A DNA stretch of 63,558 bases, the filler included, from Rozella allomycis CSF55 (Eukaryota), in NCBI GenBank assembly GCA_000442015.1. It is 17 parts of 17 records of this genome, joined end to end, with 100 filler letters (N's around TTAATTAATTAA, not from the genome) between each part and the next. Parts side by side here need not be neighbours in the genome. Positions count along the whole stretch, not along the records: positions 39,546 to 43,743 come from KE560689.1; positions 43,844 to 45,434 come from KE560690.1; positions 45,535 to 48,881 come from KE560692.1; positions 48,982 to 50,798 come from KE560693.1; positions 50,899 to 56,363 come from KE560695.1; 12 more parts are not named here. One strand, written 5' to 3'. The position numbers and the translations under genes are program-made. Below the pieces are notes generated by a model. The model did no database searches. It saw only the letters and a list, made by a program, of their open reading frames with translations, and was not told the DNA's origin. This document shows, piece by piece, positions 41,309 through 53,448 of this stretch (its first letter is position 1; every line of letters starts with the position of its first letter).

Positions 41309-41743
41309 TTAGCGACTCACAATATCTGTTCCCTTGGGGATTGCATTAACATGAAATGTGGGTTGAACAGTGGATACAACTTGAAGCATTTTCTGTATAA
41401 CCTTTTCTCGGTTTTGATCAAATTGCAATCTTATTTCTTGTAATTTTTGTTGAATTTGGTTTTCTACTGCCAGAACGGCCTCATCAGTAGATCCAACGTA
41501 CTGGCTTATTTTTAAATATAAAACATTACATTTGATTCAAATGAATTAAATTCTTGTTCTTTTTGGGCCTTTAAAGCTTCTATTTCTTTTTGAGCTTCAG
41601 TTTTTGCATCTTTAAGCTTTTGAACGCGGTCTATTTAATAGAGTTTAATGGAGCTTACATTGACGACTTTTTTGAACAATTTTAGATGCTTCCTTTTCTG
41701 CGTCAAGAAGGATTTGAATTCCCTGTGAGTTTTGAGCAGCCAT
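41309..41743 (-). CDS. VMA10: V-ATPase subunit G (missed by ORF track), 2 introns
   Basis: MAAQNSQGIQILLDAEKEASKIVQKSRQY-RVQKLKDAKTEAQKEIE; introns 41631-41658 and 41501-41529. Confidence 0.93.
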
Positions 41744-41802
41744 ACCCTGGAAAAATGAGAATTGGTAAACAATTAAATTGAAATTAAAATGGTTTATTAT
41801 TT

Positions 41803-43275
41803 CTAATGAGTATCGCATACCGTTAGTATATCTGATATAGTTGTAGGTGCGTGCTCTTGAATTAAAGAAAGGGCGACGTTCATTGTCATTTTCTTCAATG
41901 GGTCAAAAACAGCTACCAATTCGACTTTGCAGTCATTTAGCGGATAATCGGCTTGCATTTTAAAATTATATATTCGTTTAGATTGCAAATTGATGATTTC
42001 AACAAATTCCAGATTGGGGAAATCTGGTTTGGATTGATACTGAGAAGCAATGTCTGAATATTCCTTTTCTCTTTCCACAATGACTTTTAATCTATTCATT
42101 ATAGAATGTATAAGATAGTTTAGATTATAACCGATCTGTTTACAAGTAACGATCAAATCGTCAAATGAATAATTGCATCCAACAACCTTTTATGACTTGT
42201 AACATTCAATTTACTTTCACGCTAATCACCACGTGTCTTTTAAGTTTGATTTCTATTAGAAAACTCTTTTGAGAATATTCAAATGTGAATTTTGCAATTT
42301 CGCCATTAAAAAACTCCACAGACAATCCAAGACTTCTTTTAATGTGTTCTAAATCTTGTTCATATCTATTAAAGAGATTTCTTATCATTACACAACTTTA
42401 TTATCTAGATCATTTCTGTCGTAGGAATCAATTTCATTTTTTAATCTATTTTCTTCTCGCATTAAAAATTCAACTTCTCTTTGAAGTTTAGAAACTTGAT
42501 CTTCCTCTGACGCAAGCTTGCTTTTCAATAGAGTGGACTGTGCTTGCATGTAATCAATCGACTCGGTTTGATTGTTTATCTCGACAAGCTATTCATTCAA
42601 AATACTTCTGTTTCTTACTTGATTATCTAAAAGCTCTTGAAGTTCTTTTTCATTCATTTCTTCTTCATCCAAATTTAATCCTTTCAACCTCTCAATGTCC
42701 TGTTGAATGTTCGCAAATTCATTCAATTCGTTCTCCAAAAGCTTTTTGTTTTCTTCAAAGATCGGTCGAACTTTTTAAAGGATAAATAAAATTTTACTGT
42801 GAAATAATTCCTCTGCCAAGTTTGTTATTTCGCGCTTGTAATCTTCAATGTCCTTTTTCAATTCCTTCAATGATTGCTTTCCTTTAGTCATATTTTCCAC
42901 TATAATTAATAAAACACAAATTTACAAAGCATTTCATGATCTTTTTCATCAATGTCATCAACATTCGCATACAGCTTTTTAATAAATCGTTCTTTTGTAT
43001 CCAACTCTACATAGTTAAATTTCAACTTGGCAAAACGAGACTTAAATAAACAAAATTTAAAACAATCACCTTTATATAATGAAGCTCTGAAGCTGCCATG
43101 GCAAAAGGTGTCCCATTCTTTGTTTTGTAATTTTCCTCAGAGTCATCTTCATTTTCTGGAGCAAGAGTCATAGTGTCCATATAGAATTTTAGATTCTTGG
43201 CTTCTTCCAGTTTTCAATAATCCATAAAACATATTATATTTACTTTGATGTCTCCTCAATGTCCTCACCCAACAT
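41803..43275 (-). CDS. Kinetochore protein Sos7/Kre28/Zwint-like (coiled coil plus probable RWD C-terminus)
   Basis: Spliced HYIK|SRFAKLKFNYVELDTKERFIKKL...KQSLKELK resembles the Sos7 signature. Start is either 43275 (needs a GT-TG intron) or 43180. Confidence 0.7.
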
Positions 43276-43308
43276 TTAAGAAATTTACAAAAAAGAACCG
43301 CCAAAATG

Positions 43309-43743
43309 CTAATCTAGTTTATTTATTATAGCAGGCTCTCGAATGGGTCTTGGGCGAAATGTTTTATAATCAGTTGGATCCCGAACTTCTGTAACATAAT
43401 CTTTCTTCTTGTCATCATCCACCGAGGGATACATGTTTCCATGCTTTGAAATGGACGTGTCTACTAGTCTTTTTTGCTTTTCAATTCTTTCGCCAAGATC
43501 TGAAAAAGCAAGTTTTCTCACTTCCGTGGGAATCAATTCGTCTTTGGATATTTTTCCATCGCGCATATAAACAACTCTGTGTGCAAAATTCTTTAAATAT
43601 ACATCATGTGTAACCATTATCAAAGTCACTCCCTGCTCATTCAATTCGTACAAGAGCTCAATGACACGATTGGTATTCACTGTATCTAAGTCGCCAGTAG
43701 GTTCGTCTAATAGTAAAATCTCTGGATTATTTGCTATTGCTCT
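43309..43743 (-). CDS. ABC ATPase of LolD/MacB type, C-terminal part
   Basis: RAIANNPEILLLDEPTGDLD...GVTLIMVTHD...MRDGKI. Confidence 0.85.
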   Translation of the reverse strand, partial: RAIANNPEILLLDEPTGDLDTVNTNRVIELLYELNEQGVTLIMVTHDVYLKNFAHRVVYMRDGKISKDELIPTEVRKLAFSDLGERIEKQKRLVDTSISKHGNMYPSVDDDKKKDYVTEVRDPTDYKTFRPRPIREPAIINKLD

Positions 43744-43843
43744 NNNNNNNNNNNNNNNNNNNNNNNNNNNNNNNNNNNNNNNNNNNNTTAATTAATTAAN
43801 NNNNNNNNNNNNNNNNNNNNNNNNNNNNNNNNNNNNNNNNNNN

Positions 43844-45210
43844 ATGCAAACGTTGCGCGCGGACAGGGTGTGAACGTACTAATCAGTTCTCACCTGTGTA
43901 AATACATACAGAAAATATATCAAATGCCGGGACGGGCGGTGGTTGTAGACATAGCCTTCAAAACCTACCTTGTTAGGCTAGGAATAATCTACGCGCCCCC
44001 TAATCCTCAGGCGAGGGTTGATGAGACCAATGAGCTACGAATGTTCCTAAATAATTTAAACAATAATATCCCACACTCCAGTAACCCACCTATTATACTC
44101 TATGGGGGGACTGGAATGGTACTATTTTTCCTGTGCTAGATAGGAGAAACAGTACAGCCATACAGCCAGAAGGGGCCCTGCTCAAACATCTAATCTTGGA
44201 GCAGGNTCTAGCGAATGATGGGGAGTGCACTACATTTTCCCATCGGCAATCAAACGCAAATAACACAATTTCAGAAGCCAGACTGGATTTTTGGCTAACA
44301 AATCCATCCAGTATACAGTACATACCATGCTCCGGGTATGATACAACTACCATCGAAAGTGACCATCTGGCCGTATATTTAACGTTGAGTCTGCCAACTC
44401 CCACAACCCAATACAGAGAAAAAAAGCCCAACACCTTTCGCCTCAAGCTACCAGAGTGCAAGGAAGAGCATTGGACAGCTTTTGTGACAACCTTACAAGG
44501 TGACCAACAATTGGCAACTATCCCACGATGTTCCAATCTAAAGGACGTCGAGGACAAACTGCGCGCGATGAACGCTGTACTCATCCACGCTATGAAAAAA
44601 CACCTACCATTACGTATGATCAAGCACCAGAAAATTCAACGGAAAGCTACTAACGCGCTGCGTAGAATGAACCACATACGCAAGTCCCTAATCCGCTTAG
44701 CGCTGAAAAAAGACCCTTTGGATGACACGGATAGGATTTCCCTACATCAATTCTATCACAGTGTCATTCCGACAGAACAGAAAGACAAGATCCCTCAATC
44801 TCCAGAGGCGATTCTTACGTATTTAAACCAAACAAAAACCTGCCTTATTCGGGCAAAAATAAAACAAGCCTGTGACAAAAGAGAAGAAAATTTTCTCAAA
44901 CAGCAAAAGCGAATCATAAGCTCCATTTTGGAACGCGATACTACATGGGAGGGTATTGATAGATGCAAAACGCTGTCCGGAACCTACACCGAACCAGCTG
45001 ATGTCAAAACGAATATTCAAAATCACTTCCACCAACATTTCCAAAATCCTGAAGGCCACGAAGATCCCACACTACTCATCCAGGCATCTGCTACCTGGTC
45101 AGAGGTTTATGAGCCCAAACAAAACATTCATGAAGGCTGCTATAGCCCACTCGTGGTGCCCATTACACTGCCAGAGCTGGAGGACACACTAAGGCTGCTT
45201 CCTAACTCTA
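43844..45210 (+). mobile_element. Non-LTR retrotransposon ORF2 fragment (APE endonuclease plus linker), frameshifted, RT missing
   Basis: GIIYAP, G-DWNG broken in a G run near 44104-44109, RLDFWL, SDHLAV; ends at PITLPELEDTLRLLPNSK just before the RT domain. Confidence 0.85.
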
Positions 45211-45534
45211 AGAAAACAAGTAAATTTATTTATATGCGTTTTTGTTCTTGAGCGTTGATTAAAGGTGCGTTGAGTTTGTGGGCTTAGCCACATGAAAGTT
45301 ATCCGATACCAGTCTTGCGATTAATGCNAGTTATCCGATACCAGTCTTGCGATTAATGCGAGGACGACCTATGGGACGATTCCGTTCGATTGCAATTTGA
45401 CGACGTCTTTCAGTTCTAGCAGCAGCTTGAGCGANNNNNNNNNNNNNNNNNNNNNNNNNNNNNNNNNNNNNNNNNNNNTTAATTAATTAANNNNNNNNNN
45501 NNNNNNNNNNNNNNNNNNNNNNNNNNNNNNNNNN

Positions 45535-47049
45535 TGTGAAAATGAAGGAATTCACTGGGGCAATCTTTTTCCATAGCTTCCAGCAAACTGTGAAACCATT
45601 CAAATGCCTAATCAATGTTTAAAAATACAATTAATTACATTTTTGTCCCTGCATATCCACACAAAATGCAATGTTTGAAGCTTGGTATTGTCTTTTATAT
45701 TTCTGGTTTTCCTATACCAAATGTGTTTTAACACAGAAGCGAATGGTGTCACTCCAATACCTGCGCCTACGATCAAAGCTGAATCATATTGAAAAACGTC
45801 TTCTGTGGGTGTTCCATAGGGTCCGTCAACGTATATTTTCGGTAAGTACCATCCATTGTATGTCTTGACTTGGTCTTTCTTCTTGAAGCAGCCCAGTCTA
45901 TTAGCAAGTGCACTGGTCCAATCTCCGCAAACCCGTATATGAACTGAATGATGATCGTCTTCGGGGCATGATGAAAGTGTAAACGGATGCCATTGATACT
46001 TTGATATTTCAGGGATACAGATAAACACATATTGTCCAGGTTTATATGAAAATGAGGGCTTTTGAAATTGCAATTCAATTACTTTGCTTGGATGTTCAAT
46101 TATTTTAGAAATGTATGTGAGCCTACGTGCCCTGACTTCTCTTAATCCCCTTTCGATCAAAAACAAAATAAATCCTGCAAGTGCATATTTCCAGGTAAAG
46201 TAACCTTTACAAACTCGCTCTTCTGTTCTTACAAAACATCCAATTCCGTGCAGGAACACCAATATTGACCAAACAATTGCCAAATGATGTGTATAGTAGA
46301 AAATCTCAAACTTTTTTCTTCTGATTTGGAACATGGCACCAGTAAACATTAAAAGCTGGATGATCNACCAATTCCGTGCAGGAACACCAATATCGACCAA
46401 ACAATTGCCAAATGGTGTGTATAGTAAAAAATCTCAAACTTTTTTCTTCTGATTTGGAACATGGCACCAGTAAACATTAAAAGCTGGATGATCAATAGTA
46501 ATAATCCAGTAACGCCTGCTGGATGTTGAAAGAGTATGTAATAAGGAGAAAACCAGCCAAGATTCTGCAATGTACGTAGATTCAACATATGACCACATGT
46601 ATGAACTACAGAAAAGAAGCTGATCATGTAACCGACTTGGCGATGGAAGAACAAGTTGCTGTCGACTGGCACGATTTTGTTGATGAACGAAGACCTAACG
46701 TGAGAAAGCAAATTACGGCATATGGGGAAGAATATCATTATCGTACCGACATGTAAATTGTTTNGCCGACTTGGCGATGGAAGAATAAATTGCTGTCGAC
46801 TGGCACTATTTTGTTGATGAACGAAGACCTAACGTGAGAAAGCAAAATGCGGCATATGGGGAAGAATATCATTATCGTACCGACATGTAAATTGTTTGCA
46901 CTACCACGACTTATCCATACAGTCCACCCAAGTGGGTTGTTCAGTCTATTCAGTTCCGTGTCGTTCTTCTGGTTGAAAAAGCCTTGCATAAATATCAATA
47001 CATTGAACGCAATCCAAAGAATCCAAAATATGACTGTAGAGAGCTGCAT
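45535..47049 (-). CDS. NADPH oxidase catalytic subunit (gp91phox/NoxA-B type), 3' truncated
   Basis: Heme histidines FFHRQVG..VVHT and YYTHHL..LHG; WHPFTLSS, DGPYG, VGAGIGVTPF. Broken by overlap artefacts at n46366 and n46765. Confidence 0.9.
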
Positions 47050-47163
47050 GACCTTTGTTATTGTTATTGTTTACATTCATTTCGTTTACGATTTTGAATT
47101 ATTCCGGAAAAGGGAATATTGAGCATTATAAATACAGGTCGCTTCAGGGCATCAAAATAAACA

Positions 47164-48122
47164 ATGCGCGTTGCCTTCCTTAGTCTTCTAACAATTATTG
47201 CCGCACAGAATACTACTCAAGTCGACTTTTGCACAGCAAGTGGTCAAGCATTAATGGATGGTACACAAAATCGCGGAGGATCGTGCTCAAATACGATTCA
47301 AGGAGTAATTTGATATTTTAAATAGGATTATAGTCATTACCGGATGTAACGAAAATGGTGTCTACTATCATTTTATCGCCATCAAACGGTGATCGAATTG
47401 AAGAGGGGACNTGCACAGAATACTACTCAAGTCGACTTTTGTGCAGCTAGTGGCCAAGTTTTAATGGACGGTACACAAAATCGCGGAGGATCATGCTCAA
47501 ATACGATTCAAGGAGTAATCTGATAATTTAAATAGGATTATAGTCATTACCGGATATAACGAAAATGGTTTCTACTATCATTTTATCGCCATCAAACGGT
47601 GATCGAATTGAAGAGGGGACGCCCTTTGTCATTAGTGTCAAGACTGTCAATTTGCAATTGGGATTCTTTGATAATCCACAGACAGAATATTATTTAAGTC
47701 CACAGACCTTGAATAGTAACGGAATCATTGAAGGTCACCAACATGTTGTTGTCCAAGCATTGACAGACGGTACGGTACCACCCAGCGCACAGGACTTCAA
47801 ATTCTTTAAAGGCTTAAACGGTGAATCTGCTGACGGTGTTCTTAGCGTTAATGTAACGGAAGGTATTGCTGGAGTTGGATCTCACAGAATATGCACAATC
47901 ACTGGGTCAAGAGGACATCAGCCAGTTTTAATGCCAGTCGCACAAAGAGGATCACAAGATGATTGCATTAGAATTGAAATCGTAAAGAAGAAGAATGGAA
48001 AGGGAGGAAAAGGATTCAATAATGTTGCTGAAGACGTTACCGAAGGTGAACTTGAAAGAGTGCGACATGGTCGTAGAAGAGAAGGAAGAAGAAGGTTTAG
48101 AGACAGAAGACACAGGGATTAA
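47164..48122 (+). CDS. Conserved fungal-type secreted Cys-containing protein of unknown function
   Basis: Signal peptide MRVAFLSLLTIIAA; DGTQNRGGSCS, GH.HVVVQ, FFKGLN, HQPVLMPVAQRGSQDDCIR. 5' part duplicated around n47411. Confidence 0.75.
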
Positions 48123-48171
48123 ATTAAAAATAAATGATATTATTAACCTAACAAGTGTTTAAATTAGGATT

Positions 48172-48881
48172 TTATTGAGCGCGTACATTCATAAAAAGCC
48201 AACACTTCCGGCCCTCGATCTAGGGACAAATTTCTCAAAAGAAGATCTCATTGATATTTTATCTCCGGATTGTCGACCATTGAATTTTTCCATTGTAGAG
48301 TTCCTAGTCCACCAATTACAAGCGACTTTAAGGCTATCTTTCCATTTTTGAATTCCTACCAGGTCATCGAGGCGATTATCAAAGTGGGTGTCTTTGAATG
48401 TAATGGAAATTCTAATTGCAGGAAGATGTAGCTTCTCATATCAGAAGTTGCCTCCGCTTCTTCACTAGATATTGGTTTTAAAAATGCATCATCTAATCTG
48501 TATATTTGTGGATCACTTCTTTTGTCTCTTTGTGCAGGATAAAAGAATAGAAAATTCTCTCTCAAAACTGCAAATTTCGGTTTCCATTGTTTTGACTTTT
48601 TTATAATCAATCCGTTTGCACTTGATTCATTTATGAGATCAGAAACATTCAAAGAACCAAATATTGTCTTGCATAGATTTTCAAGAGAAGAATAAGTGTT
48701 GTAAAGAAACCTCAATCGTGATGTATGAAGTTCTGTTCTTTCTCTTTCCAAAGACATGTACTCTACAAGAATTTCAGTTTTACAATGTTTTGACTGTAGC
48801 TTATCCAATTCGCTCATCATCAAAGCGTTAGATTCTTCAGCGGTCTCTGTAATTTTCTTTTGGGAAATCAGCTCTTCATTC
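48172..48881 (-). CDS. PH-domain protein, C-terminal part
   Basis: NGLIIKKSKQWKPKFAVLRENFLFFY is a typical start of a PH domain. Confidence 0.65.
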
Positions 48882-48981
48882 NNNNNNNNNNNNNNNNNNN
48901 NNNNNNNNNNNNNNNNNNNNNNNNNTTAATTAATTAANNNNNNNNNNNNNNNNNNNNNNNNNNNNNNNNNNNNNNNNNNNN

Positions 48982-50798
48982 ATTATCTTCGTAAATATTG
49001 GTGGTTTCAGATTTGATGCCACGTTCTTTAAGCAGGTTTCTTGTCTATATTGCTTCTTGAGTTGCCAGTGATAGTGATACATATTCTGCTTCACAGCTTG
49101 AGAGTGCAACTGAGGCTTGTAGCTTACTGCACCAGTTTATACATGCGTCGCCTAGAAAAAAGCAATAACCACTTGTTGATCGTCTTGAGTCTAAGTCTCC
49201 GGCCCAATCAGCATCGGCATATCCACTAAGAGTCAAAGATGAACCACCCAACTTTAGTCCGTAATGTTTAGTGGCATTCAAATATTGTAGAACATGTTTC
49301 AGTGCAGTAAGATGTACAGTAGATGGCCCTTCTTGAAATCGACTAAGAATTCCAACAGCGTTCGCCAGGTCAGGTCTGGTACACATAGCTAAATGATGTA
49401 ACGTTCCAATAATGCTTCTGTAGGGAATATCATTAATTTGAGCTTTTATCGTTGCATTTTCTCTCTTTAAAATTACATTTGGATCCAACGGTGTTTTTAC
49501 AAATCTAGAATTTTCCATTTTTGTTTCCTTTAACAAGTGTTCAGCTAATCTGGATTGAGATAAATAAAGTCTTCTTTCTATTCTATTTCTTTGTACTTTT
49601 AATCCTAAGCAATGTTGAATGGGTCCCAGATCTGTGCTTTGGAATCGAGATGATATTTTTTTCTTTATATCTGAGGCAATATCTTTTGGAGCGGCGATAA
49701 TGATGTCATCTACATAAATACTTAAATAACAATTTAGTCCTGTATATAGACACGGATCTGCAATGGTTGGAGTAAGGCCAATAGAGATGAGGAATGTATG
49801 CAACTCTTCGTACCATACCCGGGGTGACTGACGTAAACCATAAAGAGCTTTGTTCAATTTGCAAACCATACCTGATTTATTATCATGTGCGACACCAGAG
49901 GGAATTTCCATATATACTTCTTCTTTGAGGGAAGGAATTAGAAATGCAGTTACTACGTCCATTTGTTCTATTTCGTAATCACGTGAAGCGGCAATAGAGA
50001 GCATAGTTCGCAGGGATTTATATTTTGCTACCGGCGCGTATGTCTCAGAGAAATCTTGACCCGGAACCTGTGAGTATCCTTTGGCAACAAGTCTCGCTTT
50101 GTATCTAGCAACAGAACCATCGGAATGTCTTTTGATTCGAAATACCCATCTGCATTTGACAATCTTGCGATTTGGAGGAGCTTCTTGGATTGACCATGTT
50201 TGATTTTCGTGGATGCTGGAAAGTTCGTTTTGTACTGCCTGATACCAAAGAGATGCGTCATGCCTACCTTCAATGTCTTTATAATCATTGGGGACATCGT
50301 CGTCAGCTTGTGCAAGTAATGCCTCATGATAGTTAATTGGTTTTCTGAACCGTTTCGTTTCGGGGGGCAAAATATTATCAACATGAATTTCAGAAGAATT
50401 TTGATTGACATTAGAAGTTCGTGGAGGGTCTTGAATAACGTTTGTATTTATAGGCGTGGAATTGATAAAGTTTGGATTGTTTAAAGTTTGATTGTTATTG
50501 ATAAGGTTTGGATTATCAAGATTCTCAACATTATAAATAGAGGCCTGATCAGAGTCGCTCAAAGATTGGAAAGCATCACTATGAATTTCATCTTGGTGTT
50601 CTTCCATTGGAAATATATTGTCTTGTGACATGAATACTGGTAATACTTGATTTTGAATATTAGAATTAGATATGGAACATTCTTTATAGAAAAACTCGGG
50701 AGGGTCACAGAAAGTAACATCACGACTTAAAGTTAATTTGTAGGTTTCCGGATCAACGGTTCTATATGCTTTACTTTGAATATCATATCCGGTAAAGA
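48982..50798 (-). mobile_element. Ty1/copia pol fragment (RT plus RNase H) with a nonsense codon
   Basis: CRWVF..K, YKARLVAKG, QMDVVTAFL, ALYGLRQSP, YVDD, YADADWAG. TAG at 49045-49047 replaces the usual Trp, and the frame continues TRNLLKE...IYEDN. Confidence 0.93.
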
Positions 50799-50898
50799 NN
50801 NNNNNNNNNNNNNNNNNNNNNNNNNNNNNNNNNNNNNNNNNNTTAATTAATTAANNNNNNNNNNNNNNNNNNNNNNNNNNNNNNNNNNNNNNNNNNNN

Positions 50899-52917
50899 AT
50901 ACGAGAATTAAGTCGTTCTTCTAGCCTTGAACGACAGTCGGCATTCGATAAATTCTTTTGAAATAAAGTTAGAAATGTTAAAGAGGTACTAAAATAACAA
51001 GAGCTGTAAATTTTATTGGTCTTCACTATTTTTAAAGAAATCCGCGAGCCAGGTCTGGGTGCTGAACTTTTCATGTGGCGAATCTTCTAAAATATTGATG
51101 TTGTCGATGAAGAATGAATTATCGGGGCGAAATTTTGAATAGAATGGCATGCAGAATAACTTGATTCTATCTGCATCGCTGACAAATATATTTAATATAT
51201 AAATAAAACTTGTGACATCCTTTGGAATTTCAAATTCATATTCAGCAAAGTTTTCACCGACATATGAGTAAATGTATGCTTTTGTCATTAAATTGTACAT
51301 TGAATCATTGAGTTTAGGAAACATGGGATGGTTTATAATATATTCAAACACTTCTGAAGACTCTGTTGTAACTATTGGGACCCATGCGTAAAAGCACTCA
51401 AATAGATTAAGTCTTGGTATCAAACGATCAATCATGTCAAATTTTTTATTAGTTACCGCAGCCTTAAAAAGATCAAGATATCTAAATTGTTGTCTCCTGA
51501 TAGAAAGGATCCTCAAATATTCCATGGCCCCGGCGATGTGTAGCTTAGCAAAGCCACAGTGGCATCTATAAAACGAGACAGGTATTTCCCTGTCCAGATA
51601 ACAGCTACATTTACTTTCGGCATATTCCAAGTCATCTGAATTAAAATTATAGTCGTAATCCCTGCGCAATAAATTGTTTGCATATTCCTTAATAACTTCA
51701 TCGGTCAGTTCAAATTCTTCATCTTCACATTCACAAGGCCACCCTCTTTCATGATTTGCATCAAAACAATTCATCCAGGCAAGTGGATCGTCAAAATTAA
51801 GGTCTTCAACGGAAAGATGATTCCCATCGGTGCTGTAAGAGATATCAGAATCTGTTACATACTTGTAACGATCATCTAATATACTAAGATCATCTTCAGT
51901 AATTTCATCAATTACGAGCATAGCAAATTTATCAAATGATTTATCTAGTAAGGTAAATGTGACCTCCATAAAGTATTTTTTCAATCCAGTGACTCGAGAT
52001 AAGAGTATATCAACTAAAGCATCCTGAAAATATGTATAAACATAATTTGAATAGAAATAATCGTTAATTTCTTGTTGACTCATTGTCTTGCTTTTTTCAG
52101 TAAGCAACCATCGATAAGTGTGGGGCTTCATGTATCTCTCATAAACAGATGATGATAATTGATCACAGAAATATTTGAAGATATCACAAGAATATTCTTT
52201 AATGGGGCAGTTTTGATTTTTACAACGCATTGAATGATTAACCATATTCTGTTGAACATATTCATGATCAACTACACGTGGTAAAAAATAATTGAAAATG
52301 TCTTCACAAGATAAAAGATCGCTATCCAATAGTAGCATATAATTATCATCGCTAATTGCATAAGATCGAAAAATTAAACGCCCGTCAAATTCTTTTACAA
52401 TACGGATACCTGCTTTTAGCACCAATTTCTTATCTAGGGAAATTAGTTTCTCTTTCAGCAAACAATAATGCAAAATTTCTCTTTGCTTCAGATTTAGTTT
52501 GGTTTTGTCATTTAGTATCAGTTCCATTATTGTATTCACGCATTTTGGAATATTTGTGTCTCTGACTAACCTATATATATAATCATATGATTCATTCAAA
52601 TTATTCAACTCCCTTGAAATGGTCATAACANTATTTTGGAATAGTTGTGTCTCTGACTAACCTATATATAAAATCATATGATTCATTCAAATTATTCAAC
52701 TCCCTTGAAATAGTCATAACAAAGAAAAGGTGGGACACTTGACCCAAGCGGATAGTTTCTTGACGGGTTGTAAAGCGTATAATATTTTCCCAGATTTCGT
52801 ATGGAAAATCCATATTTTTAGAATCAATATTCAAATTCTTTAAAGGTAAGCTAGGCAACGATAATAAATACGTCATGAATGTCGTTCAAGGCTAGAAGAA
52901 CGACTTTATTCTGGTAT
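50899..52917. mobile_element. Non-autonomous TIR element carrying an F-box gene
   Basis: 50899-50936 and 52880-52917 are inverted repeats (36/38 identical) with TA at both outer ends. Confidence 0.7.
51013..52813 (-). CDS. F-box protein with Cys-rich and helical/ankyrin-like C-terminal region
   Basis: MDFPYEIWENIIRFTTRQETIRLGQVSHLF is an F-box. It joins the 537-aa ORF across the overlap artefact at n52631. Intronless. Confidence 0.75.
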
Positions 52918-52958
52918 TATGTAAGGTAAAGAAAGAGATGTTTAAGAAAGATAGGAAN

Positions 52959-53133
52959 GGTCATAACAAAGAAAAAAATGGACACTTGACCCAAACGCAT
53001 GGCTTCTTGACGGGTCGTAAAGCGTAAAATATTTTCCCAGATTTCGTATGGAATATCCAAGCAACCTATTTTTTTATCAATTTTAGAATCAATATTCAAA
53101 TTCTTTAAAGGTAGCGATAATAAAAATGTCATG
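52959..53133 (-). pseudogene. Second, truncated paralogous F-box 5' end
   Basis: LDIPYEIWENILRFTTRQEAMRLGQVSIFFFVMT, cut at n52958. Confidence 0.65.
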
Positions 53134-53448
53134 AAAAGAGACAGAAAAATATTCATACCGGGGTCCGTCACTGGCCAAGGCTAATTGCCAAGATGAAGTG
53201 AAAATGATATTGGCTATAAATGCCCATTGCAAATATTGTCTCCACGGGCTACGGACCATGTAAGGTATCTCAGATCACAGGTATAACGCTGATTGTAGAG
53301 TGTCAAGGAGGTTTAAGGTCAAAAATACATTTCTTCTTTCGTCCCAGCTCCTACTTGTACGAAAAATATATCAAAAACTTAAAAAACTTAAAATAGGAAC
53401 GAAATTTTAAATTGAAATAATAATAAAAAGTTTATTCTTTAGATTTGA

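Noticed and set aside
49045-49047. In-frame TAG in copia RNase H as programmed readthrough
   Set aside because: It sits at a normally conserved Trp, so a TGG to TAG nonsense mutation is simpler.
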